Positions 1 through 11,402 of a stretch of DNA of 64,000 nt are shown here, in pieces. This DNA comes from Candidatus Dojkabacteria bacterium (GTDB lineage: Bacteria; Patescibacteriota; Dojkabacteria; J137): positions 36,007 to 100,006 of the forward strand of contig AP024679.1 of the NCBI GenBank assembly GCA_025999215.1, in the 5' to 3' direction. Numbering within the stretch: position 1 is the first letter of the stretch; each line of letters begins with the position of its first letter. Both the position numbers and the translations under genes were made by a program. A model generated the notes under the pieces. That model made no database searches. It was not told the DNA's origin and saw only the letters and a list, made by a program, of their open reading frames with translations.

Positions 1-1
1 A

Positions 2-220
2 TATTTATGCTCTTTTCCAGACACTTACCTTTATCAAGATGTTTACTATGATGTTTTGAATGTTAGCTTCGCTTCATACATGGATAAGGATATAGAGTTT
101 GAGCCAAACGATGATGTAGAAAGTGTAAAATGGTTTAAATATGATGAAATAGATTTTAATCTAGTTGCTTTTGACAGCGTAAAAAAAGCTCTAAAATTTG
201 TTAAACAAAAATTAAAATGA
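2..220 (+). CDS. C-terminal part of a probable NUDIX hydrolase (starts before the window)
   Basis: Open frame from base 2 reads YLCSFPDTYLYQDV...NDDVESVKWF...VAFDSVKKAL, ending at TGA 218-220 and overlapping the rfbB ATG (ATGA). Resembles NUDIX C-termini; the Nudix box itself is not in the window. Confidence 0.55.
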   Translation, partial: YLCSFPDTYLYQDVYYDVLNVSFASYMDKDIEFEPNDDVESVKWFKYDEIDFNLVAFDSVKKALKFVKQKLK

Positions 221-1245
221 ATATATTAGTAACCGGAGGCGCAGGTTTTATTGGATCAAATTTTGTACATTATTGGATAGAAAAATATCCCAGTGACAAT
301 CTGGTAGTTTTTGATAAATTAACTTATGCTGGAAACTTAGAAAACATTAAGGAAGTTTTGAGAGATTCAAGACCTAATGGTGCTATTTTTGTAAAAGGTG
401 ACATATGTAATAGAGATCTGTTGGAGAAAACATTAAAAGATTTTGAAATTGACTCCATTGTGCACTTTGCAGCAGAAAGTCACGTTGATAGAAGCATAGA
501 AGCTCCGGACGATTTTATACAAACGAACATAATTGGCACTTTTAATATTTTAGAATTACTTAAAAAATATCCTCATATTAGATTACATCATGTTTCAACT
601 GATGAAGTGTATGGAGATTTGCCTCTCGACAAACCAGAAGTTAAATTTACTGAAAACAGTAAATATTCTCCAAGTTCACCCTACTCAGCATCAAAAGCGG
701 CAAGTGATCATTTGGTAAGAGCTTATGTGCGAACTTATGGAATTAAAGCGACAATTTCTAATTGTTCAAACAATTTTGGACCTTTTTGTTTCCCTGAAAA
801 ACTCATACCCTTGGTTATTACCAGAGCGCTTTACAATCAAGAAATTCCTGTTTATGGAACAGGTGAACAAGTGAGAGATTGGATTCATACTAGAGATCAC
901 GTCTACGGTATAGATTTAATTTTACGAAAGGGCAAACTTGGTGAAACATATTTACTTGGAGGTAATGGTGAGAGACAGAATATTTGGGTTGTACGAAAAA
1001 TTTTAGAAATTTTAGGAAAACCAGAAAATTTAATTGTTCATGTTGGAGATCGAAAAGGCCATGACCAAAGGTATGCAATTGACTATTCAAAAGCTAGAAA
1101 AGATTTAGGTTTTGAACCTTTAAAAAATTTTGAAGAAAGATTAAAAGAAACAATTGAATGGTATAAAAATAATGAAGATTGGTGGAAAGAATCTAAAAAG
1201 AAAGCTGATATTATTGCTGAAAAATATTTAGCACAAAGATTATAA
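217..1245 (+). CDS. rfbB: dTDP-glucose 4,6-dehydratase
   Basis: GGAGFIG, FAAESHVDRS, VSTDEVYG, YSASK, CSNNFGP motifs. Confidence 0.97.
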   Translation: MNILVTGGAGFIGSNFVHYWIEKYPSDNLVVFDKLTYAGNLENIKEVLRDSRPNGAIFVKGDICNRDLLEKTLKDFEIDSIVHFAAESHVDRSIEAPDDFIQTNIIGTFNILELLKKYPHIRLHHVSTDEVYGDLPLDKPEVKFTENSKYSPSSPYSASKAASDHLVRAYVRTYGIKATISNCSNNFGPFCFPEKLIPLVITRALYNQEIPVYGTGEQVRDWIHTRDHVYGIDLILRKGKLGETYLLGGNGERQNIWVVRKILEILGKPENLIVHVGDRKGHDQRYAIDYSKARKDLGFEPLKNFEERLKETIEWYKNNEDWWKESKKKADIIAEKYLAQRL

Positions 1246-1274
1246 TTTTAATTTTAAAATTTAAATTCTATTTT

Positions 1275-2141
1275 ATGAAAGGAATAATTTTAGCTGGGGG
1301 AAAGGGAACCAGACTTTACCCAATAACACTCGCTATTAGCAAACAACTAATGCCAATTTATGATAAACCAATGATTTATTATCCTCTTTCAACACTAATG
1401 ATGGCAGGAATTAGAAAAATTTTAATCATAACGACTCCACAACATCAAAGTTTATTTAAACAGTTGCTTGGAGATGGAAGTCAATTGGGTTGCGAGTTTC
1501 ACTATGAAATACAGGAAGTTGCAGATGGATTAGCGTCAGCTTTGGTTATAGGTGAAAATTTTATTGACGGAGATAATTCTGCTTTGATACTTGGAGACAA
1601 TATATTTTATGGGGCAGAATTTGATGATAGTTTAGAAGAAAATATGAATCCACAAGGAGCAATTGTTTATGCTTATCAAGTGTCAAACCCTGAACGCTAT
1701 GGGATATTTGAATTTGATAATAACATGAATGTTATCGGAATCGAGGAAAAACCCGCTAAACCAAAATCAAACTATGCGCAAACGGGACTTTATTTTTATG
1801 ATAACCGCGCTGTTGAATTTGCAAAACAATTAAGACCAAGCCAAAGAGGAGAATATGAAATTACTGATCTTCATAAGTTATACATTAATGATGGTTCACT
1901 GCAAGTTAGATTACTTGGTACTGGAAATGCTTGGTTAGATACAGGTACATTTGAGTCAATGAATCAAGCTTCACAATTTGTAGAGGTAATTGAAAAAAGG
2001 CAAGGTGTTAAAATAGGTTGTATCGAGGAGATAGCTTATCGTAAAGGTTACATTGATTCTAATCAGTTAGAAAAACTAGCCCAACCTTTACTCAAAAGTG
2101 GTTATGGTGAGTATTTGCTAAATATTTTGGAAAATAATTAG
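1275..2141 (+). CDS. rfbA: Glucose-1-phosphate thymidylyltransferase
   Basis: GIILAGGKGTRLYP, SKQLMPIYDKPMIYYP, EEKP, RGEYEIT, WLDTGT. Confidence 0.97.
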   Translation: MKGIILAGGKGTRLYPITLAISKQLMPIYDKPMIYYPLSTLMMAGIRKILIITTPQHQSLFKQLLGDGSQLGCEFHYEIQEVADGLASALVIGENFIDGDNSALILGDNIFYGAEFDDSLEENMNPQGAIVYAYQVSNPERYGIFEFDNNMNVIGIEEKPAKPKSNYAQTGLYFYDNRAVEFAKQLRPSQRGEYEITDLHKLYINDGSLQVRLLGTGNAWLDTGTFESMNQASQFVEVIEKRQGVKIGCIEEIAYRKGYIDSNQLEKLAQPLLKSGYGEYLLNILENN

Positions 2142-3515
2142 ACTTCGCCAATTCCAACTCCCTGATAATTAAATCCTGCGCTTTTTAGCTCTTTGCGATT
2201 CAAGGCATTTCGAGCATCAATAACTACTCGAGCTTTGGTTTGTTTAGAAAGTTTTTTCCAGTTTATATTTTTAAATTCATTCCATTCAGTTGCAATTACT
2301 ATAATTTCTGCTTGCTCTACTGCTTCTTCAATACTTTTACAAATCTTGATTGATGTATCTAAGTCTCGTCGAGCTTCTTCATTTGCTTGTGGATCAAAAG
2401 CAAAAACATAGAGTTTATGTTTTGCTAGAGTGTTAGCAAGTTTGATCGATTGAGATTTTCTAACATCACTGGTTCCTGGCTTGAATGAAAGCCCTAGTAT
2501 AGCTACTTTACTCTTGTTTATTTTTAATACTTTTTGAGTAACAAACTCCGGCATAAAATCATTAACCTGAACCGCTCCATCTAAGATTGGATTACTAAGA
2601 CCAAAAGCTTTAAAAGTTGACATCAACCCACTTACATCCTTCGGAAAACAACCACCACCCCAACCTAATCCTGCATAAAGGAAAGATCTTGAAATTCTTC
2701 TATCTAAGCCTAACCCATCCATAACTTCATTGATGTTTGCTCCGGTTTCGTCGCATAAAAGTGCAATAGAATTAGCAAATGAAATTTTTAAAGCTAGAAA
2801 AGCATTTGCTGTTACTTTAATCAATTCTGCACTTTCTATACTTGTCAAAACAAGTTTGCTGACAAAGTTACCTTTACCGTTATCGTCAGTGATGTAAGTT
2901 TTAGCGTATTCTTGAAAATTTTGTGTATCAACTGTATTTTTAAACTCATCGACATTTTTAAAAACTTCAATTATCTTAATTTTTGCATTTTCGTCACCAC
3001 CACCAATTACAACTCTATCTGCATGAAGCGTATCATAAATTGCCGAGCCTTCACGCAAAAATTCTGGATTTGAAATATATGAAAATTTTAAATTCGGATT
3101 TATTTTTTTAACTAAATCAATGATTTCTCTCCCTGTCCCTACTGGTACAGTACTTTTTTGAACGAAAATAACTTGGTCTTTCGAATGATTAGCAACAACT
3201 TCCTGCTACTTCAAAAACGTATCTGAGATCAGTGCTTCCATCAGGTAAATCTGGAGTTCCAACACAAGAAAAAACAATTTTGCAATTTTGTAAAGCTTCT
3301 TTATGATTTACTGTAGATATTAAATTTCCTGTTTTGATTCCTGACTCTATAAAACTATCAATTCCTGGTTCGTAAAAATAAGATTTTCCCTTTTTAATTG
3401 TTTGAATTTTACTTTCATCAACATCAACAGCCCAAACTTTATAACCAACATTTGCCAAAATTGCTGCAGTACTAAGTCCAACATACCCTGTTCCTATTAT
3501 TGCTATATTATCCAT
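2138..3515 (-). CDS. ugd: UDP-glucose 6-dehydrogenase, one frameshift near 3203 (probably sequencing error)
   Basis: GTGYVG and CVGTP in 3189..3515; the shifted frame continues VVANHSKDQVIFVQKSTVPVGTG...SNPEFLREG into 2138..3058 with GWGGGCFPKD and GLSFKPGTSDVRKS. Confidence 0.92.
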
Positions 3516-3696
3516 GGGAATTTTAATAAAAATTAATTTAGAAAATTATAGAAAATAAAATACAACAAATCCAAAAATTAATTAAAAAATGTAGGATTAA
3601 GCAATAGTCTTAAAAATTTGAAATATAAAAATGTTTTAGAATTTTTACTAAAAGTTTCAAGAATAGATGGAGACAAAAACCAGACCTATAGCAAAC

Positions 3697-4686
3697 TTAT
3701 TTATAATAACTCAAATACCAATCGATAAAAGCCTTAAGTCCAGCTTCAAGGTCTACTTTTGGATCAAAACCTACTGCATTTTTAATTTTCGAAGTATCTG
3801 CATAGGTTATCTCTACATCGCCCGGTGCTGGTTCGGTCAAAACAAGATTAGCTTTTTTATCAAGATATTTTTCAATCAAATTTACAAAAACTTTAGTACT
3901 ATAGGGTTTGCCATAACCAATGTTATAAACTTCATAATTTGGTAATATCTCAATTTTTGATTATTAAATTTATAGCTTCAACTATATCTGAAATAAAGGT
4001 AAAATCTCTTTTATTATTACCGTAATTAAACAATTTTATTGGTTCATTGTTCAATATAGATTTCGTAAAAATGATGGCAGCCATATCTGGCCTACCCCAA
4101 GGTCCATAAACAGTGAAAAAACGCAGTCCTATAGTTTGGATGTTAAACAAGTGTGAATAAACATGGGCCATAAGTTCATTTGATTTTTTAGTTGCAGCGT
4201 AAAGACTAATTGGCTTGTCCACATTAATTCCTTCATTAAAGGGTACTTTTTCAATGTTACCGTAAACAGAAGATGAACTTGCATAAATAATTTTTTTAAT
4301 TGAAAAGTTTCTTGCAAATTCTAAAATATTAAAAAAAGCTATAATGTTAGAGTCAATGTATTTTTGCGGATTAGTTATTGAATATCTCACACCAGCTTGA
4401 GCTGCAAGATGGATAATAAGATCAAAATTATATTTTTCTAATTTTTGAAAATTGGAATTATTGGATAAATCAAGTTTTAAAAATTTGTAATTACAAATTT
4501 ATTACTCTTGACCAAATTAGATTCGAAATCATCAATTCCCTGTAATTTTAATCTTTCATGCTTTAGTGAAACATCATAATAATCATCTATAGCATCTACC
4601 CCAATCACTTCATGATCTTGATTTAGTAATTGAAGTACTAAATGATGACCTATAAAACCTGCTACACCTGTAACTAAAATTTTCAT
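3697..4686 (-). CDS. UDP-glucuronate 4-epimerase-like NAD-dependent epimerase, split into three ORFs by indels
   Basis: GVAGFIG (4477..4686), HLAAQAGVRYS, ASSSSVYG, YAATK, RFFTVYGPWGRPDMA (3950..4390), PGDVEITYAD (3697..3879). Confidence 0.88.
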
Positions 4687-4770
4687 ATTATACTATTATA
4701 TCATCAAAGTATTAGAAAAAATTGCACAAAAGAAAAAAAAATATTAAAATACGTGGTAATTTGTTAGAAA

Positions 4771-5518
4771 ATGAAAATGAGTAATTTACTTTCGATAGTA
4801 GTTCCTGCTTACAATGAGGAAAAAACTTTATCAAAAATAATTGAAAGGGTTGTTAATATTAAACTTCCAAGATGGTTGGTCAAAAGAGATAATTATAGTT
4901 AATGACGGTTCCAAAGATAAGACCTTCGATATAATGAAAGATCTTGCTAAAAAGTTTCCTGAAGTTAAAATTTTTGAAAATGAAAGGAATATGGGTAAAA
5001 CTCAGACTGTTAAGAATGGTCTACTGAAAACCAAAGGTGATGTTGTAGTTATTCAGGATGCAGATTTTGAGTATTATCCAGAAGAAATTCCCACTCTATT
5101 AGAAAAAATGATTAAAGAATCACTAGATGTAGTTTATGGAAATAGGTTTGGCAAAAAAAATAAAGTTATTTACTGGAAAAACTACTATGGTAACAGATTT
5201 TTATCGGCTTTTTCTAATTTATTCACTTATCCAAGAATTAAAACTTGGATTCCAGACATGGAAGTTTGCTACAAAATGGTAAATGGTGATATTTTTAGGG
5301 AACTTGCAAAAACGATTGAATCAAAAAGCACTTTTGGATTAGAGCCAGAAGTTACTGCCAAATTATCTAAATATAAAAAAGATGGCAAGCATTTGAAATT
5401 TGGTATAATCGCAATATCATACAAACCTAGAACAATTGAAGAAGGCAAAAAAATGCACGCTTTTAAAGATGGCTCCAAAGCGCTTTTCGAGATATTGAAA
5501 TTTAATTTATTTAAATAA
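4771..5518 (+). CDS. GT2 glycosyltransferase, polyprenol-phosphate glycosyltransferase (DPM1-like); frameshift near 4870
   Basis: Upstream frame MKMSNLLSIVVPAYNEE joins ORF 4841..5518 carrying VNDGSKD, QDADFEY, VYGNRF, DMEVCYK. Confidence 0.88.
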
Positions 5519-5521
5519 AAC

Positions 5522-5749
5522 ATGGATTTCAAACTTAATGACAGTATCAAAAATCTTGAAGTAAAAAGAGCTAGAGAGATAATTTATTTTATCACCAAGA
5601 CCAGGACTCAACACATTGGACTTGTGCCAACTTTTGAGCAATTGACTGATCATTACCAACGAACAAATAGAAAAGCTATCAGGCTTTTTTTGAAAATTGA
5701 TAGTAAAATTTTACAAAGAGTTAAGCATTTTGTTAGAAAAATTTTATGA
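5522..5749 (+). CDS. Small hypothetical protein in glycan operon
   Basis: 75-aa ORF tightly packed between two GTs, ATGA overlap with the next gene. Confidence 0.55.
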   Translation: MDFKLNDSIKNLEVKRAREIIYFITKTRTQHIGLVPTFEQLTDHYQRTNRKAIRLFLKIDSKILQRVKHFVRKIL

Positions 5750-7764
5750 AATTAAAAGTTCCTAAATCAGAAAAACCTAAAGTTTCAATTGTAATTCCAA
5801 TATACAACCAACTCAAATTAACTCTGGATTGTCTTAATTCCATACAAAATGCAAACGACAGCACCCCAGTTGAAGTTATTTTAATGGATGATAATTCACC
5901 AGACCCTAAAGTTCAATCAACTCTTTCTCAAGTTGAAGGTTTAATTTATGTACGAAATGAACAAAATTTAAGATTTGTGAAAAATGTGAATAAAGGCGCC
6001 AAAATGGCAAAGGGTGAATACGTTTATTTTTTGAATAATGATACCAAAGTTACAGATCATTACCTAGAAACTTGTCTTGAGTTATTTAAAAGATTTGATA
6101 ATGTTTTTAGCGTTGGATCAAAACTTATTTATCCTGATGGAAGACTGCAAGAAGCCGGATCGATACTGCATACTGACGCGACTGGAATTAATTTTGGAGC
6201 TTTTGATGATCCTGATCATTTTGAATACAACTATGTCAGGGAAGTACACTACTGCTCTGCTGCAGCACTGTTAGTTAAAAAAGATTTATTAAAAAAAATT
6301 GGTTGGTTTGATGAGGATTTTTCACCAGGTTATTATGATGATTCTGAGTTACAAATGAGAGCAAAAAAATTGGGCTATTTGACACTTTATCAACCTAAAA
6401 GCGTAGTTATTCATTACGAAGGAATGAGTCATGGAAAAGATAAAGATAAATTTAAAAATAGAATTTCATTCACACAAAAACTTAAAAACAAATTTATTCA
6501 GAAAGATAAACCTGTAGCTAACCTAAAGCCTTACCAACTTGAAAACAGAAAGAAAATACTTAAAAAGCGTAAAGCAGAATTTGAAAAATATTGTTATGAT
6601 GCAAGTGATCCTATTGGAAAAAAAATTTTTTTAAAAACCAAACCGCAGTTATTTTTCTTTGAAGATAATTTGCCCGATTTCGATAAAGCTTCTGGATCTC
6701 TAAGAGCCCTTAATTTACTAAAAATTTTACAAAAAGAATTTTCTGTAACATTGATTACTAGAAACAATAGCCAAAATTTAAAATATTACGATGAAGTAAC
6801 TCAAAGCGGAATTAGAGTCTTGATAGATAAAAACTTAAACATGGCAGATATTTATGATTTTGTAGTTAAAAATATTGAATTTGCAAAAGTTCTTGTTTTT
6901 TCTAGACCAGAAGTTTTCGCTTTCTTTTACGATTTTATTCATAAAACTTTAAAGGATAAAAATTTAGAGATTCCAATTGTATATGATACTGTTGATTTAC
7001 ATTTTTTAAGATTTAACATGCAATTACAGTTCATAGAAAACAGACATGAAAAAGACTACATTCAAAAAATGTTTGAATATCACAAAGCCCTAGAAACTCT
7101 TTTTATTACTGAAAGCAATGAAACATGGGTTGTAACACTTGATGAAAAAGATTTTCTATTAAAAAATAAATTTACAAAAAATGTTAGGGTTTTATCTAAC
7201 ATTATCGATCCCTCTCCTTCGCAAAGTCCTTATGAAAAAAGAAAAGATATGTTGTTTATTGGTAGTTTTGGCCACGAACCTAATGTTGATGCAGTTGAAT
7301 ATTATTATAATGAGATAGTACCTCTTTTGAAAAAAGAAAAGATTAATATAAAACTTCATGTAGTTGGATCTCAAATAGAGAGGTTACCCTCAGATATACA
7401 AAATAACAAATTTATTAAACTTCATGGTTTTGTTGAAAATTTAGATGAAGTATTTGAAAAATTTTTATTTGCTTTTTACCCATTGAGATTTGGTGCTGGA
7501 ATTAAGGGAAAAGTTACACAAGCGATGGCAATGGGACTTCCTATAATTACAACCAACATTGGAGCTCAAGGTTTAGAAAATCCTGACAAATTGATGCTTA
7601 TAGCAAACACAAAGGAAGAAATGATTAAAGCTATAAAAAGATATCTAAAATCAAAAAGTCTTTGGAATAGTAATCGTCAAAACTCAATCAAATACATTGA
7701 AAACAACTTCAGTTTTCAAGCTACCCACCAACAAATTATACAATTCAAAAATGAAATTATCTAA
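5746..7764 (+). CDS. GT2 + GT4-like fusion glycosyltransferase
   Basis: N-term VSIVIPIYN, DDNSPD, FLNNDT, GYYDDSE; C-term FIGSFGHEPNVDA, PLRFGAGIKGK, AMAMGLP. Confidence 0.9.
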   Translation: MKLKVPKSEKPKVSIVIPIYNQLKLTLDCLNSIQNANDSTPVEVILMDDNSPDPKVQSTLSQVEGLIYVRNEQNLRFVKNVNKGAKMAKGEYVYFLNNDTKVTDHYLETCLELFKRFDNVFSVGSKLIYPDGRLQEAGSILHTDATGINFGAFDDPDHFEYNYVREVHYCSAAALLVKKDLLKKIGWFDEDFSPGYYDDSELQMRAKKLGYLTLYQPKSVVIHYEGMSHGKDKDKFKNRISFTQKLKNKFIQKDKPVANLKPYQLENRKKILKKRKAEFEKYCYDASDPIGKKIFLKTKPQLFFFEDNLPDFDKASGSLRALNLLKILQKEFSVTLITRNNSQNLKYYDEVTQSGIRVLIDKNLNMADIYDFVVKNIEFAKVLVFSRPEVFAFFYDFIHKTLKDKNLEIPIVYDTVDLHFLRFNMQLQFIENRHEKDYIQKMFEYHKALETLFITESNETWVVTLDEKDFLLKNKFTKNVRVLSNIIDPSPSQSPYEKRKDMLFIGSFGHEPNVDAVEYYYNEIVPLLKKEKINIKLHVVGSQIERLPSDIQNNKFIKLHGFVENLDEVFEKFLFAFYPLRFGAGIKGKVTQAMAMGLPIITTNIGAQGLENPDKLMLIANTKEEMIKAIKRYLKSKSLWNSNRQNSIKYIENNFSFQATHQQIIQFKNEII

Positions 7765-9313
7765 ATTCCCTATTCTTAAAAACAACTTTGTTTTAATAGT
7801 ATCATTGTTAGCTTTTTTTGTATTTAGTTTTATAAATTTAAAATATCCTGGTTTACAATATGATGAAGTTTTATTTGTAAATGCCGCAAGAGGAGGAGTA
7901 GGAAATGATAAAAGTTTCATTTATAAAGAATTTTTTGATATACCTGTTTTCTTAATGCAATATATTGGAGCTTTAAAATCTTATATTTATTTTCCTATTT
8001 TTTATATTTTTGGAGTTAATGTTTACACTATTAGAATTCCTACAATAATTATCTCTTTATTTTCTCTTGTAATCATTCATAAAGCAATTAAAAAATTTAC
8101 AGATCAAAAGCTTGCAAATCTTGTGGTGCTTCTTTTAAGCATTAACTCTGTTTTTATTAACTTAACAAGAACTGATGTTGGTCCAAATACGATTGAATTT
8201 TTTCTAAAATCGATAGCAATATTTTTACTTTTGAATTCCAAAGGTTTCAAAAAGTATTTTCTAACATTAATAATATTTTTGCTAGGTATTTTTAACAAGT
8301 TTAATTTTATATGGTTTGTAAATGCTTTTTTGGTAGTAACAATATTCTTAGAAATTATAAATTTTGATTTTAAAAAGCCTAAAATTAAACTGTTGAAAAG
8401 AATTGTTCCATCTACACTAATTTGGTTTGTAAGTGTATTTTTTCTGTTTAGACTTAACTCATTAAATAATAATGAAAGCAGTCTGATTTTTAATTTAAAT
8501 TTAATTCCTAAGTTTTTTAATCATATTATTTCTATTGTTGATCAAACTGCTTTTTATGAATATGCAATTAACAATTCTCAAATGTGGCTTAAAGGCCCTT
8601 ATTTGCTTATTGTATTTATTACAATAAGCTTGTCTATTTTAAAATTGATTAAAAATCGAGATTTACAAGATAACATAGTGAAACTCTATGTTATATCATG
8701 GATTTACTTTATTTTACATTTTGTTCAGATTTTAGTTACTCCCAAAGCTACTGCCCCATGGCACTGGTTCACAATTGAACCTTTTTTTACTTTTATTTTA
8801 AGTATCTCAATTTATATTAATTTTAAAAATAAAAAATTATATTTGCTAAATTTTATATTGTTAGTATTCATTCTTTTTTACTTATTGCTTCAAATTTTTT
8901 ATCATCAAGCGAATTATAAAAATGCTAGAAACCCCATCTGGAGCGAGGAAATTTATAATTTAATGGATTTTGCTAGTAATTCTAATAATAACTTTGTATC
9001 CATTGATTGGGGCTTTCACAATCAATTTTTAATAACAACATCTAACAATTCATCGAAATTTGTTGATTTGAGTTTTATTCTTAATTCGAAAAATGTTGAT
9101 AGTACAACTATCCAAAACTTACTTAAATTAGCAAGTGAAGAAAATAATTATTTTGTATTACACTCTGATAACTCTACAATTTTTAAAAATTCAAGGAATA
9201 ACTTTTTTCAAATTTTCGATAAAAATGGTGTAAAATTAGTCTTAGTAAAAACTTTTTATGATAATGAAAAGCCAATTTATGAAATATACAAAGCATCTGT
9301 TACAAACAATTAA
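7751..9313 (+). CDS. Polytopic membrane GT-C-like (ArnT/PMT-like) glycosyltransferase
   Basis: About 10 hydrophobic segments; acidic YDE motif after the first TM (PGLQYDEVLF). Start placed at MKLSK, overlapping the previous stop. Confidence 0.65.
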   Translation: MKLSKFPILKNNFVLIVSLLAFFVFSFINLKYPGLQYDEVLFVNAARGGVGNDKSFIYKEFFDIPVFLMQYIGALKSYIYFPIFYIFGVNVYTIRIPTIIISLFSLVIIHKAIKKFTDQKLANLVVLLLSINSVFINLTRTDVGPNTIEFFLKSIAIFLLLNSKGFKKYFLTLIIFLLGIFNKFNFIWFVNAFLVVTIFLEIINFDFKKPKIKLLKRIVPSTLIWFVSVFFLFRLNSLNNNESSLIFNLNLIPKFFNHIISIVDQTAFYEYAINNSQMWLKGPYLLIVFITISLSILKLIKNRDLQDNIVKLYVISWIYFILHFVQILVTPKATAPWHWFTIEPFFTFILSISIYINFKNKKLYLLNFILLVFILFYLLLQIFYHQANYKNARNPIWSEEIYNLMDFASNSNNNFVSIDWGFHNQFLITTSNNSSKFVDLSFILNSKNVDSTTIQNLLKLASEENNYFVLHSDNSTIFKNSRNNFFQIFDKNGVKLVLVKTFYDNEKPIYEIYKASVTNN

Positions 9314-11402
9314 AAATTTTACCGAAAGTTCAAAATCATCTTTTGTTGGTATTTTTTATTTAGTATTTTTTTGGTTAGTTTATTTTAGAAGTATATTCAC
9401 CGAAAAATCTTCTTTTTTTATTTTTTTCGATAATGTTGAACAATTTTATCCATGGTATCAAAAAATTAATTTTGCAATCCAAAATGGTTACATTCCGCTT
9501 TGGGACAACAATGTTCTTGGTGGACATTCCTTTGTAGGAGAATTTCAATCTGGAGCAATGTACTTACCAAATATTTTATTATCATTAATTTTTGGCAATA
9601 GTGATGGTATTTCTCTGATTTATATTGAGCTACTTGTTGCTTTGCATTTTCTATGGATGAGCATGGGAATGTTCTTTTTGTTAAAAAGATATAAGTTTGG
9701 TAATATTGCATCAATAACGGGTTCGATCGTTTTTTCATACTTTGGAACAACCATTGCAAGAGCGCCTGCGCAAACTTCAATATTTTATGGCCTGACTTAC
9801 ATTCCATGGGTATTGCTAACAACGCACTTGTTTTTTGAAAAAAAGTCAAAAAAATATTTAGTTATTACTGGAGTATTACTTGCTAGTCAAATTTATTCGG
9901 GACATATTCAACCTTTTTTTCACGCATCTTTAATGGTAGCTTCCTACTCTTTATATAAATTTATAATCTCTTTAGAATCAAAATTTGATTTTAAAACTAT
10001 ATTAAACAAATTAAAAAACTATACTTTTTCCATGTTGTTAGTGTTTACGACAGCATTGTTTTTAAGTTTTCCACAGCTTTATCTTTCACTTCAATATTTA
10101 AGCAATGCTTACAGGTGGTACGGTCCAGGATCTGTTGGACCAGACGATAAAATACCTTATGGTGTTTTTGGTTATTTATACAATGTTGAACTTGGAGGGA
10201 TTTTTAATTTGATTGATTGGAGAATATTCGTTGATGATGGAAATATTTTATATATCGGAATTGTATTTTTTACATTACTATTATTTGGGATATATTTTAT
10301 ATTTAAAAAAGATTTAGGCAAAAATAAAGAGGTAGATTTTTGGTTTCTCGCATCAATTATAGCTCTTTTAATTTCCCTTGGACATAGAAGTTTTTTAACT
10401 GCTATTATTTACGTGCTTCCATTACTTGATAAGGTTAGGCAAACTGGAAGGTACATAATTATTTTTCATTTTGCCATATCGGTTATAATAGCGTATGCTC
10501 TTTATAATCTTCAATCTAGGTCTTTCAAAATTCAAAATAAATATAAACTTATCTTACTAGCTATTGCGGGGTATATTTTCTTGAACGCTATATTTATGAG
10601 ATTTGTTATTGAAAAAGGGGCAATTTCTAATTTTGAATTATATCAGTGGATTGCTGTATCAATCATAATTTTGGCAATATCAGCAATAGAAAAGTTTAAA
10701 AAATATGCTTTGTTAACAATATTTATTACAGTAACTGCAACCTCACTAATGAGCGAAAGCTTGTTTGTTTATAAAATAAATGCAAGAAGCACATACCCTG
10801 ATGCTTATTTTGCTTCAAATGAGGCCATTGAATTTTTATTATCTCAAACTCAGAAAGAACAATTTAGAATATACAATTATGAAAATGCACTACCTCGCAA
10901 TATTGGTGATGTTTACGATATTCAAACAATTCTAGGGCATGGCGCAACAATGTATAAGCCATATTTTGATTTTTTGATGAGCGATATTAGTTTTGATAGT
11001 GATAAGTTAAATTTGTTAAATGTTAAGTACATTGTTAGTAAAAATGAACTTGATGACGATAGTGTTAAATTAGTTCTTAGAGACAATAAAAAGAATATTT
11101 TTGTCTATGAAAGAAATAATTACTTCCCACGAGTGTTTAGCTTAAATTATTTAGAAAACCAAACAGAAGATGAGATTAGTGAGATAAAGCTTTTGGAATA
11201 TTCAGATCATCATATAAAATATGATATCCAAATGAAAAATCCTGGCCAAGTAATTTTTTCAGAAGTTTATTATCCAGGATGGCATGCGTATGTAAACGGC
11301 AAAAAACAAGAAATACTTCCATTTGAAATATTAAGAAGCCTAAACTTAGAAGAGGGAGATAATCTAGTTGAATTTAGATACCAACCTTTTAAGTTTTTTT
11401 AA
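9279..11402 (+). CDS. YfhO-like membrane protein (GT-C-type)
   Basis: QFYPW, IPLWD...GGH, multiple TMs, C-terminal LNVKYIV and SEVYYPGWHAYVNG typical of YfhO; start codon uncertain. Confidence 0.78.
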   Translation: MKYTKHLLQTIKNFTESSKSSFVGIFYLVFFWLVYFRSIFTEKSSFFIFFDNVEQFYPWYQKINFAIQNGYIPLWDNNVLGGHSFVGEFQSGAMYLPNILLSLIFGNSDGISLIYIELLVALHFLWMSMGMFFLLKRYKFGNIASITGSIVFSYFGTTIARAPAQTSIFYGLTYIPWVLLTTHLFFEKKSKKYLVITGVLLASQIYSGHIQPFFHASLMVASYSLYKFIISLESKFDFKTILNKLKNYTFSMLLVFTTALFLSFPQLYLSLQYLSNAYRWYGPGSVGPDDKIPYGVFGYLYNVELGGIFNLIDWRIFVDDGNILYIGIVFFTLLLFGIYFIFKKDLGKNKEVDFWFLASIIALLISLGHRSFLTAIIYVLPLLDKVRQTGRYIIIFHFAISVIIAYALYNLQSRSFKIQNKYKLILLAIAGYIFLNAIFMRFVIEKGAISNFELYQWIAVSIIILAISAIEKFKKYALLTIFITVTATSLMSESLFVYKINARSTYPDAYFASNEAIEFLLSQTQKEQFRIYNYENALPRNIGDVYDIQTILGHGATMYKPYFDFLMSDISFDSDKLNLLNVKYIVSKNELDDDSVKLVLRDNKKNIFVYERNNYFPRVFSLNYLENQTEDEISEIKLLEYSDHHIKYDIQMKNPGQVIFSEVYYPGWHAYVNGKKQEILPFEILRSLNLEEGDNLVEFRYQPFKFF